A DNA stretch of 64,000 bases from the human T2T-CHM13v2.0 reference genome, Homo sapiens (GCF_009914755.1 NC_060925.1); one strand, 5' to 3'. Numbered from the stretch's first letter, positions 16,461 through 31,443 are shown. Notes: generated from the sequence alone by a model not told the origin. Made by a program: numbers and translations.

Positions 16461-16743
16461 GCCAAACAGGAGGATTTAAGGATACTTTATCCACAATTTT
16501 TCAGAGTATAAATGTGACATCTCTTTATAGAAAATTAAAATTGCCTATGATATCAAATATCCCAGAATAGTTACAATCAATATTCAGTATATTGTCTCTT
16601 AACTGTTTCTCTAGGTATCTATTTTTATAAACAAAATTGGGATCATATTACACATAACCTTTTTTTGGATGGTAGAATCATTGCAAACAATATAATATTT
16701 ATTTATTCACTCGTTTATTTAACAAGCGCGTCCATAGATTACA

Positions 16744-16976
16744 CATGCTGTTGCATTCCAGCCTGGGCGACAGAGTGAGACCATGTCTCAAAAAAAAAAA
16801 AAAAAAAAGGAAGAAACAAAGAAGAAAAGGAAGAAATTATCTAAATTTCTTATCCAATTTCTTATATTTAGATAATTTCTTATATTTAGATAATGTCTTC
16901 CTTTTCTTCTTTGTTTCTTCCTTTTTTTTTGAGACATGGTCTCACTGTGTCGCCCAGGCTGGAATGCAACGGCATG
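16744..16976. repeat. Near-perfect inverted duplication of an Alu 3' end plus flank
   Basis: Arms 16744-16846 and 16884-16976 are reverse complements apart from 3 substitutions and homopolymer length (A19 vs T9). Spacer is 37 bp. Confidence 0.95.
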
Positions 16977-19220
16977 GTCACGGCTCACTGTGGCCTTGAC
17001 CTCCCGGGCTCGAGTGATTTTATTTCACATTTCAGCATAGTTTTTCTCCACATCTTTCCAAGTCTTTAAAATTCTCATTTTGAGTTATACAATATACTGT
17101 CTTGTGGATATATCTTATTTAACCACCCCGGTAAGTTGAATAGCTATGCGATTTCAAATGTTAGCTACCCTATGTTTAACCACTCTAATTTTATTGTATA
17201 GCTCTGGACAAGTTAATCTACTTGTGAAAAAGATTTTATCTTTTTAATTCATATTGTCAAATTAATTTTTATACAGATAATACCAATGCACACACCCACC
17301 ATAGCATTTAGAAACACTTGTCTTTCTATTGCTCTTGCCAGGATTGCATACAATTAATTTGAAATTTTAAAATAAAATATATTGAAAAAAATTGTCATCT
17401 CTTTGTCTTAATTTATGACTAGAAAGGTTAAACTCTTTTCCCAATTTTTAATAGCCATTTATATATTTTCTTTTATACATGGTCAGTTTAAGCCCTTTAT
17501 CTAGTTTATGTGAAATCATGATATTTCTGAATTGTTTAATTATTTTATACATTCAGAATATCAAAATTTATTTATCTTGCTCCAAGTATTTTCAGATTAT
17601 CTCTATGCCTTTCAATTATATTTTTAAACACAAAATCAAGTTTTTAATAAAATGTATTAGCCCGCTTATTTTGTGATTTATTCTGCTGTCTTTATGCGTG
17701 AAAAGTTCTCTAGATCCTAACATTAGCTCAACGTAAACCTCTGTTTCAAAACAGCTATATTCATAGCTCTACTATAGATCTCATTATAGTATTTGCATAA
17801 TAATTATTCATTTACACCCCCGTTCTACTTATTCTGGACTCTGAGTATCTCAGTCACTGGGGCAGTATTTTTCATCCTCTTCTCTTTAGCCTTTAGTGTG
17901 GGAAACTATAAATGTTGGTTGAAAGACATACTAAATGAATGAATCAACTGTGTAATGCACAGATTTTTTTCAGTGAAAATCAAAGAAATGTACCACTTTA
18001 CTTCTCTTATTCCTTTTTTTCTTGCCAAACTATTGTATGAATAGTATAGTTAGAAAAATGTATTCCACAGGAATAACGATATTTTATCATATACTTGTTT
18101 GTTTAAAGTACACAATTAATATACAATCATGCCTCAGAACAACATGTGGGGTGTCCATACAACCGTGGTGCAACTAATCCTTCAAAAGATAATTTTGAAT
18201 TTTTAGCATTCTCTGAAGAAATATTTCGCATGTATCAATTCTCATCCAGGAGAAATCAATGGCAGGATTTCTCACAATAATCATAAGGAGAAAAATATTT
18301 CTCTTATGATTAGTGTGATTTTTCAGAGAAAAAATATCTGAGTCATTTTTGTGGGACTCTGCTTCTTTTTAAATCACATTGATCATGTCAAGAATGAATC
18401 TACCAAATAAGACAAACAAAGCCAAGCACACTGAGTAAAGTAGAGAACCAATACATGGGCTTTGTATTTTACTTCAAGGTCTTGTCTATATGGCATACAA
18501 AGACACACAGTGGAACAACCATCAGCTTTTCTATATAGGTGGACCTGATGTTAGGCAAGTAAAATTCACTTTATCTGCTGATATCACCACATGACGCTGT
18601 TTTGTTCTTGTGGTCGGATATTTTGTTGAGTTCATTATACTCTCCTATGATGTGCCCTCTGTTTCACTTTGTAAAAAAGTTATATCTCTATTTTTTTTTG
18701 TTATGTCATGGACTTTATTTTTGAGTAGTTTAGGTTTACAGAAAATTGAGTACAGAGAACAGAGAATTCCCGTATGTCCCCTCATCCCACCCCAAAGTCC
18801 CCTGTATTATTAACATCTTATATTGATGTGGTACATTGTTTCAGTTGTTGAGCCAATATTGATACATTAATAGTAATTAAAGTCCAGAGCTTGCATTGGG
18901 GTTCACTCTTGGTGCTACATACACTGTATAGGCTGTGATAAATGTATAACAATATGTATCCACCATTAAGGTATCTTACAAAATATTTTCACTGTCCTAA
19001 AAATCTGTGCTCTTCCTCTTCATCATCCCTGCTTTCCCTTCAACCCTTCATCTTTTTCCTGTCTCTGTGGTTTTGCCTTTTCCACAATGTCATAGAGTTG
19101 GAATCATATGATAACTGGCCTTCTAAGACTGGTTTCTTTCATTTGTACGATGCATTTAAAGTCCTTCCATGTCTTTTTGTGGCTTGATAGCTCATCCCAT
19201 TCTATCATTGAAAAACATTC

Positions 19221-19592
19221 TGATATGGTTTGGCTGTGTCCCTGCCCAAATCTCATCTGAATTGTAGTTCCCGTAATCCCCATGTGTTGTGGGAGGGACC
19301 TGGTGGGAGGTAATTGAATCATGGGGGTGGTTACCCCCACGTTGTTCTCATGATAGTGAGTGAGTTCTCAGGAGATCTGACGGTTTTATAAGGGGCTTCT
19401 CCCGCTTTGTTCTGCCCTTCTCCGTGCTACCACCATGTGAACAAGGACATGTTTGCTTCCCCTTCTGCCATGATTGTAAGTTTCCTGAGACCTCCCCAAC
19501 CATGCTGAACTGAGTCAATTAAACCTGTTTCTTTTATAAATTACCCAGTCTTGGGTATGTCTTTATTAGCAGCATGAGAATGAACTAATACA
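19221..19592 (+). mobile_element. THE1B-like MaLR solo LTR
   Basis: tgatatggtttggctgtgtcc...actaataca with TSD cattc/ccttc. Confidence 0.92.
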
Positions 19593-20642
19593 CCTTCCAT
19601 TGTATGAATATACCATAGTTATTTTTTGAAGGACATCTTGATTGTTTCCATGGTTTGGCAATTATGAATAAAGTTGCCATAAACATTTGTAGGTTTTTGT
19701 GTGAACAGAACTTTCCTATTCATTTGGGTAAATACGAAGGAGTGGGAATGCTATATTGTATAGTAACAATTCATTTAGTTTTATAGGAAACTCCCAAATT
19801 GTCTTTCAAAGTAGCTGTACCATTTTGCATTTCCACCAGCAGAGAATGAGAGTTCCTGATGTTCCACATCCTCACCAGCATTGGATGTTGCTAGTGTTTT
19901 GGATTTTAGTCATGCTAATAGGTGTGCAGTGGTATGCAATTGTTGTTTTAATTTAGCCCTAATGACGTGATGTTGAGCATCTTTTTGCCCTCTGTGTATG
20001 TTTTTTGGTGCAGTGTCTGTTCAGATCCTTTGTCCATTTTTAATTGGCTGTTTTATTACTATTGTTGAGTTTTAAGAGTTATTTGTATATTTTGAATACC
20101 AGTCCAAAATATCAGTTGTTTTGCTAATATTGTCCCAGTCTGTGGCTTGAATTCTCATAACATCTTTTATAGAGTAAAAGATTTTAATTTTAATGAAGTC
20201 TAATTCATTAGTCTTTATAATATGGATATATGATTTTTTTCTTTTTAGCCTGTAGAAGTAATCAATTATATCAATTGATTTTCAAATGTTGAACCAGTCT
20301 TGAATACCTGGAATAATTCCCACTTCACTGTGGTGTAAAATTCTTCTTGTACAACGCTGGACATGATATCCTAATATTTTGTTGAGGATTTTTGCATCTT
20401 TGTTCATGAGAGACATTGGTGTGTAGTTTTCCTTCCTTGCAATGACTTTGTTTGCTTTGGGTATTGGGGTAATGCTAGCCTCATAGAATGAGTTAGGAGG
20501 TAGCCACTCTGCTATTTTCTGGAAAAGATTGTAAAGAATTGATATAATTTGTCCCTCTTTGCTAGAATTCATCAGTGAACCCATCTGGGCTGGTGCTTCC
20601 TGTCTTAGAAGGTTATTAATTATTGATTCAATTTCTTCATTT

Positions 20643-20794
<152 letters not shown>

Positions 20795-22994
20795 TGAATA
20801 GGTTAATCTTTAATAATAGATGTTAAGATGTAGGCCTTCTCATTAATATATATAGGCCCATATATATTATCTATTTTCTTGGTAAGTTTTAGTACATTGT
20901 GTTTTTCTTTCTTTCTTTCCTGTTTTTTTTTTTTTTTTTCTTTTGGTCCATTTCATCTAGGCCTTCAAATTTCTGGGCATAGAGTTGTTTAGAATATTTC
21001 ATTATTATGCTTTTAGTGTCACAGAATCAGTAGATATAGACCCTTTTATATTTCTGATATTAGTAATTTGTGTCTTCTCCCTTTATTCCTTAGTTAACCT
21101 GGCTAGAGGATTATTGACTTTACTGGTTTTTTCCAAAAAAAGTTTTGATTTTATTGATTTTCTCTATATTCTCTTGCCATTCTCATTGATACCTGCTTTA
21201 ATTTTTATCATTTCTTCTCTTCTACTTACTTTGGATTTAACTTGTTCTCCTATTCCTAGTTTCCAAATGTGGAAGTTTAGATTACTAATTTTAGATCTTT
21301 CTTTCTTCTAGTACATGTACTCAATGCTATAAATTTCTCTCTAAGCACTGCTTTCACTGGATCCTAAAAATTTTGATAAAGCATATTTTTATTTTAAGCT
21401 AGTTTGAAATATTTTTATATTTCTCTTGAGACTGCTTCTATGACCCATGTGTTATTTAGAAGTGTGTTGTTTAATCTACTAGTATTTTGAGATATTCTAG
21501 CTGTTCTGATTTCTAGTTTTATATCATTTTGGTCTGAGAACATACTTTGTGTGATTTCTATTCTAAATTTGTTAAGGTGTGTTTTTTGACACAGAGTGCA
21601 ATCTCTTCTAGTGAGTGCTCCATGGAAGCTTGAGAAGAACGTGTATTCTGCTGCTGTTGTATTAAGTATTCTATAGATGTCAGTTAGATCCAGTTGATTG
21701 ACGGTGAACTTCAGTTAAACCTTGTTCTTAGTTCCTTACTGATTTTCTGCCTGCTTGAACTGTAAATTACTGATAGAGGGGTATTACAGTCTCAAAATAA
21801 AATAGCGTATTTATCCATTTCTCCTTGTACTTCTTTCAGTGTTTGCCTCATACTTTGATGTTCTGTTGTTAAATGCATAGACATCAAATATTATTATGTC
21901 TTTATGAAGAATTGATCTTTTTATCATTATGTAATATTCCTCTTTATCTCTGATAATTTTCCTTGCTCTGATGTTGGCTTTGTCTGAAATTAATCTAGCT
22001 ACTCCAGCTTTCTTTTGATCACTGTTAACATTTAACTTCATATTTTAATGGATTTGTACACACACAGGCACACACACGCTTGCTTCGCCAGGCTATTCTA
22101 TACAAATTTATTTGAAGAAAAATAGATACGTAGGGACATTTATGGGACTACAGGCAAGATAGAAGAAAGACAAGAGACCTTCCAAATGAATAACAAATCC
22201 TCTTTCACTCTCTATGCCTTCCTCTAACAAACTGACCTTGTATCAGGGTTTAACTATTACCTTTAGCTTAATGAGTTTCAGAATCAATTCTATATCCCAA
22301 AACATCCCTCAAATTTTGGTCTCATGTCTACAACTATTGACAAGATCTCGCTCCATCTGAATGTCATGTCATCACACTCAGCATGCCCTAAAACAAACTC
22401 ACTGTTCCAAATCTGCTACGAACCCTTAGCAAAATCCTTTGTAAATTTCATATGTCCACCATTTTCTCAACTACTCAGACTCAATATTTTGCATTAAGTT
22501 GTATGCTACAAAATGTTAGGTTTAGGATAGGGAATTGAAGACAGACTTTCTGCTCTTCAAGAGATCATGGTCTGACAGATGTTAAAACAAGTGATCTGGT
22601 CAGGGTCAACGAAAATGCTACAAAATGCTGATTATATATTGGTTTTAAAAAGCATAAATAAATCAACTATTCTCACTACTTTGTGATTAGGATTTGCTTA
22701 AATTGAAGTCAGGAAGAATTCAATGATTATTGTTTCTATATTGAACATTCTGATGAAGTACATTTCCATTTCTCTGCTTAAGCATTTTTATCCGTGACGT
22801 CTTTGTTGAATGCTTGGCATGCATTCAACCCTAAACTAATAGACTGGGGAAGCAAAGAAGGTGATCTAATTCTTATTGCTTCAGTGCTGGAAAGAACTCT
22901 AAAATTATGAATCTCATTTTCTATCCAGTGATTGCCTTTTCTCCATTCTGTTTCTGGCTCATGACTTCTAATCTACTTGAATTTATCATTTGCA

Positions 22995-23560
22995 TCATTA
23001 GAAGTTGGCAATGACCTTTAGATAGCTTTGAGTATTAGGAAGCTTTTATATTGATATTTTATTTTCCAGTCATTTTCATAGTAGTCATACAGAACCCAAT
23101 GTGTGGTAAACCAATAAACTTTATTCCAACTCTGTTTAATAACATTTCAAAATAGGAAGACACTTTCCATGGGAATTCTCATTCCTAGGGTCACTAATCT
23201 TATTAATAATTTCACAATTTTTTTTTGTTCTTGCTTTTTTTTAGTTTGCCTCCTTACCGTCCATCCATTCACCTCTTAACTCCAGCTCATCCACATTCTT
23301 TTTAAAGTATGGTGCAGAGGATTGGGCACAAAATGCTAAAATTGAGTTTCTTCAGCACTTTGACAAGTAGAAGTTTCACTGCAATTTAGCTAGATGTTAA
23401 AATCCTGTTAATACAAGCTACTAACGCATTATTCTTTGTGTGTGTATATGTGTGGGGCTTCATTAAATTATTGAAACATTAAATACACAAGTCAACCCAA
23501 ATACTATATTATCTTTGTCATCCTACAATTTGGTGTATTTCTCCCACTATATTCTTCAGT
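22995..23560 (-). mobile_element. Probable CR1/L3 fossil
   Basis: ctcatccacattctttttaaagtatggtgcagaggattgggcaca resembles the CR1/L3 RT region. Confidence 0.5.
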
Positions 23561-24403
23561 AGTTAGTTTCTGGCAATTCTGTCTGGAGTCCTTAGTAAGT
23601 TAAGAGTCCTTTTTAGTGTTATGACCTTAATTTTTTTTTCTGGAGTAAATGTTGACATACTTAGGAGGCTAACTTTATTTTATAGAGATATTAAGTACTA
23701 GAATGATTATTCTGTGTCAATCCGACCTAAAAGTGACCTCATGGTTTTTTGAAAGGTAAAAAATCATATTATGTATATTTTCTACACTCTAGGTAAAATG
23801 CACATAATATATCATATTTTACATTAAATTGACTTTAAGTATATTTTAAAGATTCTGAACTGTTATTTCAAATTTCCCTTTCCTCACTACATTTCTGGCT
23901 AATGGCTTCCAATCCATTCTTGAGGTTGGAATAATAAATGCTCGTGTCAAATCGGATCAAATAAAAGTATTCAAAAGGCAAGGTAGCATATCACCTTTAC
24001 TTGAATTAAAAGCTTTAGAAGGATCAGGTGTTACCTGGTTTTTTTTTATTGAAAGGTGTAATAGCAGAACTGTGAAAGGGAAAACAAAATGAAAAACATT
24101 CAACAAAAATGCTGTTAGGATAACTCCATTTCTGGCTTTTGAAAATAAAGATACTTTATATATTTATGAAGGCAAATCGATTCAGGAAAATATAATGACA
24201 TAACTTAAAAGTCTTTCAGTTAGATCGTGTCACAGATCTGTGATATTTAAGCTTTTTATTCTAATGGGAATATCAATCTCAAGACTTTTAAAATTGATAG
24301 TGATTGCTTCATAGTTTTTCAATTAACCTTCTGAAAAACCATAACAAAAATAAGACCCTACTTTCTTATCTCTTTTTTTTTACGAATAATTTCTGTAAAC
24401 TAA

Positions 24404-24405
<2 letters not shown>

Positions 24406-24440
<35 letters not shown>

Positions 24441-24447
24441 TGTGTGT
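24406..24447. repeat. (TG)n microsatellite forming the tail of the adjacent Alu
   Basis: About 20 TG units with one interruption. Confidence 0.95.
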
Positions 24448-25020
<573 letters not shown>

Positions 25021-25206
25021 TTACACAATATTATCATATCTAAATATTGAAGATAGGACTTATCAGGCAGCCCTGTTGGCAATAGCCCTCTAGGGTGTAT
25101 ATTGTATAAACATCCCTGGCAGGGGTATTCTACACATGTTAGTTGGATTCCCCTAGGTCAGGGGTGTGTGGTCTATAATATATGAAAAATGCCCTGAACT
25201 CTGGAC

Positions 25207-25359
25207 TTTTAAAAACAGCAAAAGGATATGTGAAAACCATTTTAAAATACCATTTTAAAATACAACAAGACACCTATAAATACAGCTATTTTTTCAAAAG
25301 CAAAAGGACATATGAAAACCATGAGTAAAATATAATAAGACACCTATAAATACAGCTAT
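25207..25359. repeat. Diverged tandem duplication, period ~70 bp
   Basis: aagacacctataaatacagctat is identical at 25267-25289 and 25337-25359. Confidence 0.9.
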
Positions 25360-26559
25360 ATCCTCTGCGGACTATTGCATTCTATTTATTCTTTCTTTTT
25401 GCAGGATAGATACATAAAGTCAGGATCTCATTCTTGCTGGAGCTACTTACCTGCCTGGACCCACACCACCCCCTAGTTCCAGGCCTGGCTCTCCCACCGC
25501 TAGCTCTGAACCTGAGTACGTCCTATAAACAACATGAGCATCTGTATCTCCCTTCAGAAAACAAATGGTGCAGTCATACTCATCCTGCTGTGTTAATGAC
25601 TATGTTCATAAAATGCGACACTGGACTACGAGTTTTAGGAATCAAGGAGTGTGTTTTAGTCCACTCTTTATGACTGGCCTTAGTATAATATCTGGCACAT
25701 ACTGATATAGAATAAAAGGTATCATTACATGATACCTTTCTATATTATATCCACATGTATCCCATGATCCATGTTCCATATTATGGAAGGGTGGCAACGC
25801 CCTGTTTCACGAGTTTCAGATTCAACTTTTGAAGGAAACATGTTTTAGTCATTGCATTGGCAGATGGCTCCAGGACTTACATATTTAAATAACAAAAATG
25901 TTGGGGATAAAAGTATTCCCCACACAGTTCAAAAAGTTTCATAGGTGGGTAAAGGAACCATCCCTTTGAAGAGGAAAGTCAACAGTCTGACTTATTTCAG
26001 GTAAACAGGTTGATAAAGACAAAGAAAGGCTGCTTTGTTCTAAGTCTTGCGTTCCTGCACCTAGAGGACAGATCCCACATTCCAGAATAAAGGCTTAAAT
26101 AAAAATGCAAGCATACAGGAAATAAAAGAGTTCAAAAATAAAGGGTACTAAGAGAGAGGGGTCATAGATTAGCATTAACACCATGGTGACCACATCAGCC
26201 TTAAGTCAAGGTCAGACTATTTCATGCAAGTTATCCCTAAATGGAAGAGTGGAATGATAAGGCTGGAGGAAAAAAGAGATGGCTATGGGAGTGGTCTTCA
26301 GAGTTATTCTGGTTGGGACCTCAGAACTGAAGACAAAGGTTGTGATGCTCCTTGATTGTCCTCTGTGAGATTCATAGATGTCATTAAAACCATGAAGTAC
26401 AGGAGCTGCATTTGCATTATCTGTTTCCATATTCCATTTTTTTTTTGCTTTTTCCTTTTTTTTTGCTACTCTCTGTTTCTTTTCACGAAGAAAGCTGAAA
26501 ATTTATTGTCTTTCACCTGTCAAGTGAGATGCTAAAGTGATCTGCTAGCTGCTTTTACC

Positions 26560-26720
26560 CATATAATCTCATTTAATGTTCAACTAACACTGCAAGGTAG
26601 GTAGATATATTTCCATTTTATAAGTAAGACTGCTGAATCTTAGAAAGGGCAAATCACTGTGCAAGGTGGGCCTCGTAAATAATGGACTCATGTCTATCTG
26701 ATTCCAAAGCCCACCTGCTT
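26560..26720 (-). mobile_element. MIR
   Basis: atctcatttaatgttcaac...ttccattttataagtaagactgctgaatcttagaaagg. Confidence 0.65.
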
Positions 26721-27710
26721 CCCACTCTGCCCCAGGTCTCCCTATTCCCTTTTTTACTGGTTGTTGGCTGACATAATAAAAACTGGAAGTGTACACAATA
26801 GGACAGTCTCTTAGATATGGACATCTTCTGGTGAGGGGCGGTATGCAATATCAGGCCCCAGGCCATACCAGATTAAGCCTCTGGACAGTTTGAGATACTC
26901 TCTGGTATTTTCCTACACGTGGTCTGGGATTCTACGTTGCTCAGGAGGCAATAATTTGGTGTTAACATGGAAGACCTAGCTTCCTAGCTTCACAGATCCT
27001 GTCTAGAAGACACTTAAATTTTACAGTGAATACTACAAGGTACAAAGAGTCTTTCATTACAGCCACAGTCAGGACAGACTATGAAGAAGAAACTGAGCTA
27101 TAGAAATACCTATTCACTTTAACTCTGGGATATAGGATTTAGGGTCTAAATATATTAGGATTGATTATGACAACTGCAGAATTCATTTCTAGGGACAAAT
27201 GTAAAAGTGTAGACATTCTTAGAAATTATCACAATATTGCTGTTTTCCCCTATGCCACTTTTTCTTGAGGGGGCCTAGTTACCTTAGAAAGTTCTTGTCA
27301 TTGCTTAGCTAACACTACAGCCAGCAAATAGAGATAGAGCTTATGTGTTTGGCTGAGAAAATAACATAGGAGCTCTCTTAGGAGAACCTTTCTGTTAATG
27401 TCCCTGTCATCATCATCTTTGTCTATTAACTCACAGTAAGGACCCAAAAGACTAAAAACAAGATAAACACCAGTACCTGTATGGCAGACACAGCCTTTGG
27501 ACAAGTGTCAGCATTTCGCAAGTGCCTGAGATCACTTCAAAATGTTTAAATTTTTAAAATGCCAAGAGGGATTACCTCTAAAGTAATACAGGAAGTTATA
27601 ATGTTAAGAAAAAGAAATGGTTGAAGGTAGGATTGGTTTTAGGCGAACGCCATTCTCAGAGGCTCATGACAACCCGAAGCTCTATTTTCCTCTAGAAAAT
27701 AAGGGATGAT

Positions 27711-28207
<497 letters not shown>

Positions 28208-29199
28208 TCAGATTCTGCCTCCAACAGAGGCACACAAAGGGCTAAGGCAATGGAGCAGGGGAGTGTTTGAGGTGGGATCATGTGTCATCTCTGTGAGCAT
28301 GAGAGTCTCAGAGCATGAAATAGACGTGGGCAGTGCAGGGGAGCTGGCATGGTGTGAGTCCTTTTGGGTTGCCAGGAGGATCCAGGTCATGGAAGCTAAA
28401 CGAGGCTAGAGATGAGCCACCAGATGTCCAGGGGACAAAGTGGATAAGCACAGGAACATAACACATTGACTGGTTTCTAGAGGTTGCTTAAAACAAACAA
28501 AAAAAATAAAAATCCTACTTAATGTCCTTGCAATAGCTATGCACCTGACCTCATAATCCTTTTTCTTCATGAACAATAAAACTCACACTGAATTTTCAGT
28601 AGCAAAGCCAGTTAATTCTCAGTTGATTCTCTTTGAATCTTTCCAGAATTCAAAAGAGAGAACAAATTCAATATAGCATTTAACAATTACATTGCTATCT
28701 GAAGCTGAAATATGTACATATATAAACAAACCTTTGGAGACTTTCTATTTTGGTCTGACTCTGAAGGTAGTTGGGAGAAAATTGTAAGGTATTCTTATCA
28801 ATCTTGATTTGTCTTTCATGCTATGAACCTATTATTTATTCTAATAATACTTATATAAATATTATTCTCTACTGCCTTGTCTGTATTTAAATAAATCTAC
28901 AGAAGAAAATGATACAGCATCAAAATAGAAGGAAATATACGAGGTTGTCTTATAGTTGCTGGTAACCACTGTTTAATTTCATCCATAAAGTTTTCTGGTA
29001 TTAATTAAGGATATTCATTAATATTACTCTGAGGCACGTAGTTTAACATTAATAAGGAAGAAAGCCAGCTAAGTTATTAGAGATCCAATGTTATGTCATT
29101 AAAAGTGTGAGCTGATTTGAATTTGAGCCACAGGAAATGAAAGTCTGTGAAAGTCAACAACCAAAGCAGGCTACTAATAGGTTTTAAGAAAGAAAATCA

Positions 29200-29478
29200 G
29201 GCTGGGCACGGTGGCTCATGCCTGCAATCCCAGAACTTTGGGAGGCTGAGGCAGACAGACTGCTTGAGCTCCGGAGTTCAAGACCAGCCTGGGCACCATG
29301 GCAAAACTCCATCTCTATCAAAAATACAAAAAATTAGCCAGGCTTGGTGGCACATGCCTGTTGTCCCAGATACTTGGGAGGCTGAGGTGGGAGGACGGCT
29401 TGAACTGGGAGGCAGAGGTTACAGTGAGCCAAGATCATGCCACTGTACTCCAGCCTGGGCCACAGAGCCAGATCCCAT
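29200..29478 (+). mobile_element. AluJ
   Basis: tgcttgagctccggagttcaagaccagcctgggca. TSD gaaaatca at 29192-29199 and 29709-29716. Confidence 0.9.
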
Positions 29479-29601
29479 AAAAAAAAGAGAGAGAGAGAAA
29501 GAAAGAAAAGAAAAGAAGAGAAAAGAAAGAAAGAAAGAAAGAAAAGAAGAGAAAAGAAAGAAAGAAAAAGAAAGAAAAGAAAAAGAAAGAAAAGAAAAGG
29601 A

Positions 29602-29648
<47 letters not shown>

Positions 29649-29712
29649 GACGGAGGGAGGGAAGGACGAAGGAAGGAAGGAAGGAACGAAGGAACGAAGG
29701 GAGGGAAGGAAA
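29479..29712. repeat. Compound (GAAAA)/(GAAA)/(GGAA) polypurine tract derived from the Alu tail
   Basis: About 235 bp of nearly pure A/G lying inside the Alu TSDs. Confidence 0.95.
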
Positions 29713-30076
29713 ATCAGGGCAGGAATAACACTTGTACTATGAAGCCAGAAAAATGTAAACAATAAAACATGAAAAACTGTTTTGTTGCAGTAGTTTTTCT
29801 TTCAAATGTATACAGAAGCATCAGATACCTTCAAATAGCAAGAGAGTAAGCAAGCGATATCATGGTGGGAAAATGCATGGTTTTATAAATTAAATACGAT
29901 GCTATTGAGGTCTAGTCATCCTACACAAAAGTGGTGATCTTTTCTTAATGAATTCACCAAGATACCATGGAGCGTGCATGGGGTCACTACAGTCTTTCAC
30001 TTACTTTGGCAGGGCACCCCTCACTTCCCACAGACGGAGAAGATGGATTCAAGACGAGAGTGCGACGCTTGCTTAC

Positions 30077-30158
30077 CACGGGCCTGTGCACGTCCCAGAA
30101 CGCTCTCTCTTGGCTGTCAAGGATCTTCCTTTCAATCTTGTCTCTCTTCTTGTCCACT
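30077..30158 (-). CDS. RGS7: RGS7 internal coding exon (82 nt, probably exon 9), (K)[27 protein letters not shown]
   Basis: Minus strand reads tgttgacag|AGTGGACAAG...CCCGTG|gtaagc. The peptide is visible inside ORF 29987..30412, and [24 protein letters not shown] matches RGS7 as recalled. Confidence 0.96.
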
Positions 30159-30265
30159 CTGTCAACACAGTAACAATAGATAACATTTAGTATTAATTGT
30201 AGTGCCTCTCTGAACAAAAAGGCCACAACTGGAACAAATCTTCCAAACGACTCACAAGGACTCAC

Positions 30266-30342
30266 TTTGCTTGTGCTTCTGCTTGCATGAAAATGAACTC
30301 CCACTTCCGGGCAAATGCTCTCTGCAGCCTGGCCAGGCTCTC
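30266..30342 (-). CDS. RGS7: RGS7 internal coding exon (77 nt, probably exon 8), [25 protein letters not shown](K)
   Basis: Minus strand reads tttttcag|GAGAGCCTG...GCAAA|gtgagt. Phase 0 in, phase 2 out, compatible with both neighbours. Confidence 0.96.
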
Positions 30343-31147
30343 CTGAAAAACATACCCCAGGTGAAGACATTTGGTGTTCATTGTCACTGCTCTCTTCTAG
30401 CTTAGTTACCACTTGTATTTGTCAAGGAAACAAATAGAGAGTTTCTAAAGCCCTAAGTGTACTGTGGTTCTCAATGATAAGTCATGCTCCCTGAATTCAG
30501 CTCATCTTCATATTGGCAGTCTTAAAGGAAGCAGAAAAACCTGTTACAAATATCGATTTTTTGAATTACTGACTTTGGAGAACAGGACTACAAACCCAAT
30601 ATGTATCTGAAAAATACTAAAATTACCTAGTACATAAGGAGGTGCTCAGATGAACCCACTGGATTTTTCGGTACCCACTTTATAGAGGAACAGAACATCA
30701 GTACATTCCTACTACGCATGCAATCAGCCTATTCAGTTCCTGACAATACATGGCACACCCTGGCGGCCCACAACCTATTCCTACACAGTGCTTTGAATTC
30801 AGAAAATCTAACATAGCAACCATCTGCACAAATGACAGCAGATGACTTTTATCTGCTGATGATCACTGTCAGCAGAGACAATTTTGGCAAAACCCACTCT
30901 TTCCCAGGGTAAATGGTCTTTAATCCTCAGAGTTTGGATATCTTCACTATGTAGGATGTATCTGACATTTCGACAGTTAAGTCGATTTTAGAAAATAAGA
31001 TATGCTTCCCTTTTATACTTTGAGTTTATGTATTTAGAGTTTTGCCATATGCAATGTGAATGAAGAGAGGAAGTAAGCAAACAGGGATTCATGCACCCAC
31101 TGTGATGCCAGATCCCTAGAAATCTGACCCTTCAGATCCATGAATGA

Positions 31148-31443
<296 letters not shown>

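Noticed and set aside
25705-25746. Small hairpin aaaggtatca-ttaca-tgataccttt
   Set aside because: Short AT-rich stem, plausible by chance in 64 kb; too short for a pre-miRNA call.
29147-29762. Long K/E/R-rich and F/L/S-rich ORFs
   Set aside because: These are translations of an Alu plus the purine microsatellite, which lacks stop codons.
29987-30412. 141-aa minus-strand ORF as a standalone gene
   Set aside because: It is the frame of the 82-nt exon extended through intron sequence and an out-of-frame exon; the splice sites explain the real coding part.
30717-31095. Two RBFOX TGCATG motifs on the sense strand of the 1.2-kb intron
   Set aside because: Two hexamers are weak evidence, with no sign that these exons are alternative.
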